A DNA stretch of 64,000 nt, taken from NCBI GenBank assembly GCA_973895155.1, contig OZ316897.1:13143375-13207374 (forward strand), written 5' to 3'. The first letter of the stretch is position 1. Each line of letters begins with the position of its first letter. The position numbers and the translations under genes are program-made. This DNA is from Marsupella aquatica (Eukaryota; Plantae; Marchantiophyta). The notes under the pieces are model-generated. The model was given only the letters and a program-made list of their open reading frames with translations, did no database searches and was not told where the DNA came from. Below, in pieces: positions 26,105 through 37,069 of the stretch.

Positions 26105-27737
26105 TCCAGAAATGGTCCAAATAAGTGGGCAACTCCACCCAAAACCAGTTGCACAAGTCTACAAAAGACCAACAGTTTACAGTTGGGTTGAGTGTTTGGA
26201 AAACTACTCTCAGGCCCAGAAATAGTCCAAATAAATGGGTAATTCCACCACCCGTTCCACCAAAAACCATTTGCACAAGTCTGCAAACAACCAAGGGCTC
26301 ACAATTGGTTTGAGCTCCTGGGAAAATTACTCTGAAACATAGATATAGTACAAATAAATGGGTAATACCACCCTAAACCAGTTGCACCAGACAGTCTACA
26401 ATAGAGCAAGAGTTTACAATTGGTTTGAGAGTCTTGAGAAACTACTCTCAGGCACAGAAATGGTCCAAATAAGCGGACAATTCCACAAAATAGTGTTTAA
26501 GTACTTTTCCACTAAAGATGTTCTAATTGATAATACTGTCACATCTATTTTTTATTTAAAAAAACACCACAATATTGTATATGGCCAGATGACAAGCCCA
26601 ATGACAAGTTCACCAAGGTAACCAGGGGAACCATACACAAAAATTGTAGCATAATTGTAAATATAAATAAATTAGTGGTAGTATTATAAATTCAAAGATC
26701 TTTAGTGGCAATTTACTTAAAAGATGTTTCACAAAAAACCACCTGCAGTGCAAGTCTACCAAAGAGCAATAGTCTACAATTGGTTCGAGGCGCTTGGAAA
26801 AACTATTCCCAGGCCAGAAGATGTTCAAATAAATGGGCAATAATTCCACCCAAAACCAGTTGCACAAGTCTACAAAAGACCAACAGACAGTTTATAATTG
26901 GTTCAAGCTCCAGACCTGGAAAACTACTCTCAGGCGTAGAAATAGTCCAAATTAATGGGCAACTTCCCCCCTAAACCAGTTGCACAAGTCTATAAATACA
27001 CAGATTACAATGGATTACAATTAGTTTGAGAGCCTTCAAAAACTACTATCCGGCACAGAAATGGTCCAGTTAAGTGGGCAATTTCACTAAACCCAGTTGC
27101 ACAAGTCTAAAACGACCAACAGCTTCTAATTGGTTCAAGCTCCTGGAAAAACTACTCTCAGGCCTATAAATAGTCCAAATAAATGTGCAATTGCACCAAA
27201 AATCAGCTGCACAAGTCCACAAAAGACCAACAGTTTATAACTGATTTGATCGCCTCGAAAAACTGAAAAACTAACCTCTGTTGCAGAAATAGTCCAAGTA
27301 AATGGACACTTCCAGCCAGGCAAGACCAATTAATTGCACAATTGTACAATAGAGCAACAGTCTACAATTAGTCAGGGTACCTGGAAAAACTACTCTCAAC
27401 ATCCTTCTCCAAAGTGAAGAGAGTGTCTTAGTTTTCAGAGCAACCAATCATATAATTTGTTTTCCAATGTAACCTGGCTGGTGACTTTACGGAATGCAGT
27501 CCAGGACCTGATGACTTTACAAAGTGCAGTGAATGCGGATTGAAATAGAAACCCCTCAGTCCACTTATTTGGACTATTTCTGGGCCTGAGAGTAGTTTTT
27601 CCAGGGGCTCAAACCAACTGTAAACTGTTGGTCTTTTGTAGACTTCTACAACAAACTGGTTTCTGTTGGAATTGCCCATTTATTTGGACTATTTCTGGGC
27701 ACGAGAGTAGTTCTTGCAAGCGATCGAACCAATTGGA
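26105..27737. repeat. ~118-bp satellite-like array: ~9 forward copies, then ~1.5 inverted copies (foldback arrangement)
   Basis: Unit agaaat(a/g)gtccaaataa(a/g)tgggcaattccacccaaaaccagttgcacaagtctacaaaagaccaacagtttacaattggtt...ggaaaaactactctcaggc at 26105-27400. Reverse-complement copies at ~27560-27737. Confidence 0.88.
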
Positions 27738-28289
27738 ATCCATCCCAAAAAGTCCCTAATCCACCCTAAAGTAAAAGTCCCCTTACCCCGCACGAGTCAA
27801 TTTCTAATCACCTACTGTCCCTTTCCCACTTTCTCTTTAAAATTAAAACTACCAATCAAAGCATAACAAATCCTCACAAATGGTTCACAGAAAGTTGGGA
27901 ACGTGGAGAACGCGAAATCCGTGGCCCAGGAGTTCCAGCACAGTCTTTGGAGCATGGGCCTAATCATTATTTTATTGAGATACGGGAGCACGCCAATACG
28001 GGATCCGAAACGGATTCGGACGCCGCGAAACGTAATCACGGGAATATGGTCACGGCCAAGATTCGAACGCAGGCCCCTACTTAATTAATAAGCTGTGGGG
28101 GCATCGTACGTCCTCGTCAGCAGCGCAGCAGGGACTAGGGAGGGAGCGCAAAAAGAGCATCTCCTCAACTGCCAATATTTTTAGTTTGGTTTACAAATTA
28201 CAACTGGCAGGACTCCGATACGGCACCTACTGTGTGTCCGAGTCGATCGCCTCGTGCCCCCGTGCTGTGGATAAGAGCGCGAGAGAACT

Positions 28290-28524
28290 GCTGCCTGCTG
28301 CTTTTCTGCTGCTGCCAATTTCGATTCACTTCGACTCCCGTGGCAATTGAATTCGATTCATCATCAGTACCGTGCTTGCCTGCCTGCCTGCCTGCCTGCC
28401 TGCTCACGGCTGTTCAGTGCCCACTGCTCTTGTTGTTGCGCTGTTGTGCTGCTGCTGGCAATTCGATTCACTTCGACCCCTGTGGCAATTGAATTCGATT
28501 CAGAATCAGTACCGTGCTGCCGTG

Positions 28525-28555
<31 letters not shown>

Positions 28556-28845
28556 CTCACGGCTGTTCAGTGCCGATTGCTCTTGTTGTTGGGCTTTTGT
28601 GCTGCGGCTGCCAATTCGATTCACTTCGACTCCTGTGGCAATTGCATTCGATTCAGTACCCTGCCTCTCCTGGTCACGACTGTTCAGTGCCCACTGCTCT
28701 TGTTGGTGTGCTTTTGTGCTGCCTCGTGTGCTGCTGGCAATTCGATTCACTTCGACTGCTGTGGCAATTGAATTCGATTCAGAGTTGTGCCTCTCCTGCT
28801 GATCGACGGCTGTTCAGTGCCGACTGCTGTTGTTGTTGTTGTTGT
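28290..28845. repeat. 4-copy ~135-150-bp tandem repeat with embedded (GCCT)n microsatellites
   Basis: Core caattcgattcacttcgac.cc.gtggcaattgaattcgattca, followed by (gcct)n and cacggctgttcagtgcc.actgctcttgttg. Confidence 0.9.
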
Positions 28846-29292
28846 CTTGAGAGAAGCGTGAATTGTGAAAGAAGAAGGAGCTCGGCATCGGTCAGATACA
28901 AGCTGCTGATCATCGATGAGCTTGGAGCGGAGAATTGGAACAGGTGAGAAGTGGATTGGTGGGAGAATTGGTCGCGATTTATACGCAAGTTGTGGTGGTG
29001 GTGGTGGTAGTGGAGCAGGAGGAGAAAGGGAGGAGCAGGATTGGTGAGAAGGTAGAGATAATTGTGCTTCGTGGGGCAGAACCGAGCTTTCAGGAGGAGA
29101 GAAGAGTATTGTAGGATTGGTGCGAATACAGAGAACTTGTGGTTGTTAGAGAGAGAGAGACAGAAAGAGAGAGTGAGCGAGCAGAGAGAAGGAAGAGAGA
29201 AGAGAGGTTTGTGTGGAATACAGGGAAATTGTGATAGGTGTTATGAGATAGTGGAGGCCGAGGAGGAGAAGAGAGTGGGAGAAAATTTGGTG

Positions 29293-30550
29293 ATGGCGGC
29301 GAAAGGGAGTGGAAACAATGTCTGCGGGAGTAAGTCGCTGAAAGCGCTGCCGTTGTCGTGTTTGAATCACATCTCGAGGAGGTGCTCGAATCTCAGTGAG
29401 GCGGAGAACTTTTACGAGAATTTGCTGGGGTTTGTGCAGATCAAGAGGCCTGGATCGTTCGATTTCGACGGTGCATGGTACGTACATAATGATAGATGAT
29501 GACTACTGACTCACTGACTGAAGGGGAAAAGTTCGATCGGAACATGTGTGGGGCATCGATTACCATTGTGTGCGTGTTTCTCGCTAGAATCTTGCTACTG
29601 CCGCATGCACGCATTGCGTCGTTAACTAAATCTTATGAGAGTGATCACTATTATTGGTCAATCTCCTGTCCTCTGTCGTCTTTGAGCTCACGGGTTGTAG
29701 CAGTGTACATGGATGCTGCCCAGCGATGCGTGATTGTAGTGTGCATGTGAATGCAACCATGCATGAACGTTGATTGGATGGCTTTACTTGCTCCACAGGC
29801 CGCCAATGGTTTCACTCACTTCCCAATACAATGCAGTAATGGCGGCGAGCAGATTTTGTAAGGATCAATTGCATGTTGTGAAGTTTGCATTTTAAGTTTT
29901 GACTTGTGGGTTGCATGGTGATCTAGGCTCTTCAACTATGGAATTGGTATCCATCTGCTGCAATCCGACAACATGAACGTAGCTCAAGAAAGAGAAATTG
30001 ATCCACAGAGTGACCACATCTCCTTCCAGGTACAGGCATGTCCTAAGCATCATGTTGCGGCTTTCGCACTTTCAACATATGTACTCTGGCATGCATGTGT
30101 TCAAATTGAAAAGCTTTTCACAATTGTTGCGATTTCGTAGAGGTTGCTCCATTGAGTCATACCTGTGATATCTCGACAACCTTTCATTGTTCCATGGAGC
30201 ACGTGATTGAGATTTTGGCATGGCAGTGCGAAGACATTTCCGTGGTGGAGACGAAGCTAAAAGAGAACAACATCAAGTACGTACAGCGCGTGGTGGCAGA
30301 GGGAGGAATTTTGGTGGATCAAATCTTCTTCCACGATCCGGACGGCTTCATGATCGAAATTTGCAATTGTGACCAGCTGCCAGTGGTTCCTCTTGCGTCG
30401 ACTATAAATCACCAGCCAGTGTTTGCGTCTTGCAAGCGTACCAACACTCATTCAACTCTCATTCATGTGTCTGTTCCAGACTGCGCATCCCAAAACATAT
30501 TGCAAAGTGGCAATCTGGTCGAAAATCAAGAGTATGCCGTCTGCGGATGA
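29293..30550 (+). CDS. VOC-fold glyoxalase I-like / lactoylglutathione lyase family protein (3 exons)
   Basis: Exons 29293-29477 (LPLSCLNHISRRC...FYENLLGF...RPGSFDFDGAW), 29927-30029 (LFNYGIGIHLLQ...DHISFQ), 30227-30550 (DQIFFHDPDGFMIEICNCD). Confidence 0.93.
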
Positions 30551-31835
30551 AGAGGTTAAGCCTTAGTTTATGTGTTCTTCAATCACTGTAAATATATAAC
30601 TACATTCTATAGTAGCAGAGCAGTACACTTGGTATTACACAGAAAATTGAACTTGTATTAATCCAATCCGTGTAGCGTATATTCATTGATTGAATTGGAG
30701 CAAGTCACCTGTGGAGGAGAGTGAGACCAGGCCAAATTCGCATTTTAAAGACCAAGACTACGTAGTAATTTCTGCCGTCAATTTTGACCCTGTTGAAGAT
30801 CGACCGAGCTAAAAGCACATTCCACAAACAAAGGAACTACTGATTGGCCATGGAAGTGGGGTTGTTCGGTAGTTTGCCAAGTGTAGATATTGATTGCGTA
30901 TACTTTTTGTTATAGTTTTGATTAGAAGAAAACTGAGTTGTAATTTATGCCTTCAATTTTGACAATGTCGATATTGAATATAAGTTTTCTTTGTAAGATC
31001 GATCATTTGAAGTCCTTTTACTCTTACAGTAGTTTCAATTGGAAAGTCTTACATCGAGTGTGAATGATGTCTTGCCTCTATCTACGAACTTGGTCGTGGG
31101 ACTTCAGTAACATATCGAATGTAAGAGCATTGGAAATCAGAAAGTCAGGACTTCATTTTCTCGTGATTTATCTTAAAGTGGAGCACGGTGTGACAAGAAA
31201 TTGTGATCAGGCTGTAATAGTTGTCACTGCATTACACATATCTTTTCGAAATCAACATTTATCCAAAGAGTATTGTCTCATGATTTGGCCACAGCTATTT
31301 TCCTTGAGGGAGCAAATGGCGTGCTCTATCTCGTAACGTGCAATCTGCCCTGTGTTTGAAGAGCTTACTCAGTCTCGGCCGAAACACTTTCCAAGTGTGC
31401 AGTGGAGTTGTTTTATTCTACGAAATTGGATTGGCAAGTCTTCAGGGTGTCTGTTGATGGAAGCAAATTAAAAGCTGACTCCGAGCTTTCTCGTTTTCCA
31501 GACAGGCTAAGAGTTACCAAGTCTCCAATGTAACATGACACTTGGAGTGGCGAGGTCCTCCTCATCTGTACTGAGGACATGTTTAGTTTACAGTTCCAAA
31601 GGGACAAACTTGTGACAAGTGTGTAGCATATGTTTACGTTACAGTTCCAATGGGAGAAGCTTGCGACAAGTGTGAAGAACATGGTTACCTTGCAGTTCCA
31701 CGTGTGGTCATCATTCAGATTAGTGGGTTAAGTTATATTATTAGTACTAAACAACATCTAACTAATAGAGCCCAATCAAAGCTACTCTCCTGGGCTAGCT
31801 CTAGACCGTGACTCTCAGTGGGCATGAGGCATAGC

Positions 31836-31955
31836 TTACGAAAGTGAGGTGCAGATTAAAATAGAGTGGGGGGCAAATATGAACAGAAAATAGGATTACG
31901 AAAGTGAGGTGCAGATTAAAATAGAGAGAGGGGCAAAGATGAACAGAAAATAGGA
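31836..31955. repeat. ~60-bp tandem duplication
   Basis: ttacgaaagtgaggtgcagattaaaatagag...aacagaaaataggat occurs twice, plus partial copies. Confidence 0.85.
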
Positions 31956-32696
31956 TGGAGGGTCGAGGATGAGGGCAAAGAGGAACAGGAAATAGGATGG
32001 AATCTATAGTTTGGCAAGGGTTTAATGAACTGGTATTCAGGGTGGTATCCATATACTTGTGCTTCATTTGGTGTCTCTTTTGATATGCATATTTTTACAA
32101 CAATAATTGTGCTGAAGATGCATCTTACAAAGCATAAATTATATGGGAGTAAGGCAAGGTTCAATCATTATAAATGCCACATGTCATCGTGTGGTCAATA
32201 TATAGCTAGTGCACTTTTGCTGACAAGCCTTAGCATGTATAATCAGAAGGCTGCATGTGAAGTGGGTGCATACCAATTGAGAGCCTTCTAAGCCTACAAT
32301 GCCCTTTGTGGATATAGCATGCTCATCCTGGAACATGCTTTATTTTTTGTCTTGTAGTGATCTGAAAGTAAATAAAATATGAGAGCATAGAAGTGCTGTT
32401 ATACAAGTAAAGTGTCTGCCAAGAAAAGCACAGTGACCAAGAAAAGGTACAGTCGGAAAAGGTACAGTCAAACGATGCTACGATGTGTGCACTTAACTCA
32501 GGGTGCCTTATGAATGACACTCCTTTCAATAAAAACCATAAACTTAGGAAAGAAAAACATGAGGAGAACTTAAGAGGCTATGCATTCATGTTCTTCAACA
32601 TCATTTCTGTCACTGGTGGTGGTGGAACCTTTGTTTTCATCTCTAATAAAACACATATTGTGAAAAAAGAGGGCTACTAAAATAAGTTCAGAACAC

Positions 32697-32884
32697 TCTA
32701 GAATACCTAAAACTACAGGGGTCTAAAAATTAATAAAAAATGTATAGAATACAAAGGCTGCCCCTTGATAAGGCAGATTGAAATGAAAACATTCTAGAAT
32801 ACCTAAACTTACAGGGGTCTAAAAATTAATAAAAAATTATAGAATACAAAGGCGGCCCCTTGATAAGGCAGACTGAAATGAAAA
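32697..32884. repeat. ~95-bp tandem duplication
   Basis: tctagaatacctaaa...acaggggtctaaaaattaataaaaaa...cccttgataaggcaga(t/c)tgaaatgaaaa occurs twice. Confidence 0.88.
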
Positions 32885-33908
32885 TATATGACACAAAAAT
32901 CTGAATAAGACAAAATCTGAAATGTGCATTCACCATATAGCAGTGGATTAGCACTGACACCTCTATGTGGGACGCAGATCAATAGTGTTTTGACTAATGA
33001 CCTTTAATGGTGGGTTCTACCTGTTTTTTAGGCTCAAACTTGGCCATCACACCTTGATTTATAAGCAATGGGACCCTCGTCATTGGTGGACTTCCTGTAT
33101 TTTCTTTGAATTCTCGCTTCCGTTGAGAGTCTTTCCCATCAAACTACCTTCCACATTGACAGTATAGGCATCTGCATCAAATTGGTCTTGTTGACTGAAC
33201 AAAGTGACTTAACTGTTGGACCTCATAATGGGAACTAACCTAAAAGTATTGGATTTGAAATTAAAGCTAAAAACTACCACGATCTTTTTGGACAATTTAA
33301 GAATATTCTCCAAAGTGATTTCAAAACCCCATCTTCTCGTATTAGTTTCAAAATTGGAAGTATTAGATTTAAAACACCTCTGAGTCAATATTGTTCCTTA
33401 AAATTTTAAGAGTCTTCTACTAAGCCCAATAAGAAAACCCAATACTTATCTACACATGATGGTAGAAAGAAAAGAAAATAAGTAAGGACCTGGGGAATGA
33501 GTACAACATGACACAGATATATGATATAGGCCAATGAGGTAGTCGGAGGGGTAGACAATACATGAAACAGAGAGGGAGTGCAACTAAAAGCTTACGGTAA
33601 GTTGGAGGACAGATTTATTATTTGACCACCAACACTCCAGTAATTAAAGTAGCAGCCCCATGCTCTGCAATACAAAACTCAGAGCTGGCCTCCAAGCACC
33701 CAAAAGCCCCAGGTGCTTTTCTTGGGACTTTGCCCTTTGTGAAAGGCTGTACTATATACTCAATGCCCTTAATTCTCTATTAGTAATTTTTGGTGTTTTA
33801 TGGAGCAGAATGCAATGGATTGGGGCATTGTGGAACTTCTCTTCTACTTTTACTAAAAAGAGTAAAAATAAAAAATCTCCTAGGCCTTCAAGTTTATGAA
33901 GGCGCTCT

Positions 33909-33993
33909 CATTATGACCAATATTAGCCTCTCAAAACCTGAACATAATACAGGCTCGTGTTCAGGTTTTGAGAGGCTAATATTGGTCATAATG
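33909..33993. repeat. Perfect 36-bp inverted repeat with a 13-nt loop
   Basis: cattatgaccaatattagcctctcaaaacctgaaca (33909-33944) is the reverse complement of 33958-33993. Confidence 0.93.
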
Positions 33994-34879
33994 CCTGGAA
34001 TTTTGAGATGGGAGTTCAAAGGCTGCTAGGCTTTGAGCCTGTTGTGGCTAAGCCTGGAGTGCTTGGGGAAGGACTTACTACTAGGAGGGAAGGAAAAGGT
34101 TCATATTGGAAACGTGCTTAGGCCGTACTAACCCATGCCTTACGGGGCTAGTCATTGCTGCCTCTCTGATCCCCTTTTAAAAAAATTGTTAACTCGATCC
34201 TGTAACCAGAGTTTTGGGATGGACCATGAATCCCTGACTTTTGCCCGTGACCAAGGTTTAGGACACCCCTACATCTTAGGCTTAGGACATGGCAATACCA
34301 GGATGATATGTTACTCCACAAGGGAGCTTCAATCCTAAAATCTTGAAACCAATAATCTGGAGAGCTGCCATTGAAGGTACATGGGCTTTAATTGGGCCTG
34401 ACATGGGGATGGCTGTTGCTATCAGGGTAAGAAAAAGTATGTATATATGAGGTGAGGCTGTAATCTCTAGTGCATTGGACGAGTGATATCTCCTCCTGAT
34501 TTTTCAAATTGATAACTTGGTCCCTTAACATTAGTAGTGTGTGCATCTTAAGCCCAATGGGGTTTTGCTGACGACTGTAACTACATTGAATACCCAATCT
34601 GAGAAAACCTTTTTTCAGTTCTCCCTACTTATCTATAATGACCAGCTGAAAAGCAACCCCAATCCTGATAGGGTAATTTTCTTAAACTGCAGGTATCAGC
34701 ATCTGACAACCATATTGAAAATGCAACCCACTCACATCCAACTATAGACTGACATTTTACATTTTTTTGTTGAGTTTGGTTAACCCCCTGTTACAGTAAC
34801 AAAACCCCGCTGGCTGGAGATGCTTTAACCCTGGCTAGTGACTGAGTCACGATACACCCTACTATATGCAAAGTTCCTC

Positions 34880-35335
34880 TCTGCAAACCCCTTGACACTT
34901 TACAACGGTCTCTGCACACCCCTTGACACTTTACAATGGTCCCTGCAAACCCCTTGACACTTTACTGTGATCCCTGCAAACCCCTTTGACACTTTACTAT
35001 AATCCTTGCAAACCCCTTGACACTTTACTCTGATCCCTGCAAATCCCTTGACACTTTACTATAATCCCTGCAAACCCATTGACACTTTACTCTGATCCCT
35101 GCAACCCCCTGACATGTTACTCTGATCCCTGCAAACCCCCTGACACTTTACTCTGATCCCTGCAAACCCCCTGACATGTTACTCTGATCCCTGCAAACCC
35201 CCTGACACTTTACTCTGATCCCTGCAAACCCCCTGACACTTTACTATAATCCCTGCAAACCTCTTGGTCCCTGCAAACCCCTTGACACTTTACTCCTTGA
35301 TCCTGCAAACCCCTTGACACTTTACTATGATCCAT
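34880..35335. repeat. 31-bp minisatellite, ~14 copies
   Basis: ctgcaaaccccttgacactttactctgatcc repeated with minor variants. Confidence 0.93.
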
Positions 35336-37069
35336 GAGAAGAGATGAGATGAGGTGAGATGAGTCCATACGGTTAATAGCTGGAAGCTCTTTACAGGCAT
35401 ATTCGATGACAGATTCAATTCTTGTCCACAAGATTTCTGCTCCATAGCTATCACGGGAGGTGAGCAATGCCCCAACCGAGGTGGCCATCTGCCTATCAAC
35501 CCCCCTGCTTTCAATGGCTAGTACGGAGCATCATGAACCAGACGATCACTACCGTAGCTCAATAATCCATCATCTCTGCAAAGCTTCCTTTCCCTGAAAC
35601 ATAATTTCTTTTTCTTGTGTTGATTCGGTGGGTTTTGAATTGTTGCAGCTCTGGTTGTCGAAGATTTTCCTCGGGTTGAGTGGTTTGGATTTCGATGACG
35701 TCGACAGGGTTTTGGCGAGATTGTTCTGTGGTGTCATGCCCATCACTTGCAAAAATCCTCGCAACAGAAAAATGATCGCTCCTCGAGTAAGCTGGTGCGG
35801 TCTGGAGACTTTCTGCAGCTGAGGTTTTGGCGCACTTCACCAAGATTTGATCGGATTGACTTGGTTTGGAAGGCGCCCACCTGATGTTTTCGGACGAGTT
35901 TGTGATGTGCTGATCTGCTTCCGTTCCTGCGAAGAATCGGTGGAACACATTATGTGTTTTTTTCTGAGTAAGAGTGCTTGTGGAGATTTTGCGGGTGAGT
36001 TCTTCGCCTGGACCCAATTCGGGATATCCTCTTGTTGACTGGTTTGGAAGAGCCCACCTGATGGTTTTGGACAAGATTGAGCTATGCTGATCCGTGGCTC
36101 GCGGGACGCCATACATGGCGCAGAGATTGAACTGGCAGGAGCTCAGATCCTCCCTCGACCTGATTTTCTTCTCGTCGACGAGTTTGTTCCGCAATGAGGC
36201 CGGAATGTGGGTCAGCTCATAATCTGTGCCACAACGTACTTCTCTTCCACTTACGTCGGGCTGGTGATGAGATTGAAAGGGAATGAATGAGCTGGTTCCC
36301 TATTTTGTCGAAAAGCATTCATTGAGAATAGTGATACGAAATGTGCTCACATTTTCTCTCCGAATTGAATTCACATCGAGGAGATCTTCCTGGGGCGCGG
36401 ACATTGTTACGGGGCAGTCGAGGGACGGGACTTCCATGTCCACAATCGCGAGAGAATCATGAAGTACTATTAACAAGCTTCGGAAAATTCGCTTTCACTG
36501 CCGCGGATTCTTTCACAGAGCCTACATCACACGTAACCGAGGCTGCACTGGCAGATGTCGCGTTGTGTTTGGACGGAAGAAATGAATGCTGCAAATTCTG
36601 AAGGTTAAACATCCTGGTGGCCGCGCTCTCAGAGTAGATAGACCTCCCCTTGATTCAAATCTGTACATCAAATGTTTGCGGAAAGCAGAAGGTGTATTCT
36701 CTCAAGATCCACCAAGTTTTTATGGTCAAACCTCTTATGGCAGAGCCGTTTCGGTATTTGATCTCCCATTGCCATCCTTCTCTGCTGGACTGTTATCTCT
36801 CTTGTGGCCTCTCAACGATAGAAATGAACGCATGATTTCAAGATCAAGCCTCCTGTGGCAGCAGTCCGAAGTTATTTGACCTCCCATTCCGTTGCTTCAA
36901 TTTTGTTGGGTAGCAGATTGTTATCTCGACAAGGGTAGGGACGACCGGTGTGTTGTCTGAGGCGGGGCACAAATGGGCAACATCATTTAAGAGATTATAA
37001 GCCCTATAGACAACCAAAGAGATAATCAAGAAAATAATTTCCTCAGTCTGAATTTCGTAAGTTCTCGCC

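Noticed and set aside
28290-28845. CRISPR-like repeat-spacer appearance
   Set aside because: The spacers are homologous to each other and ~100 bp long, there are no cas genes, and the context is eukaryotic. It is an ordinary tandem repeat.
22528-34827. Harbinger/Tourist-like terminal words (ggagatgctctaa at 22528, gagcatctcc at ~28155, ggagatgctttaa at ~34815)
   Set aside because: Could not pair them into an element with matching TSDs; short matches may be remnants or chance.
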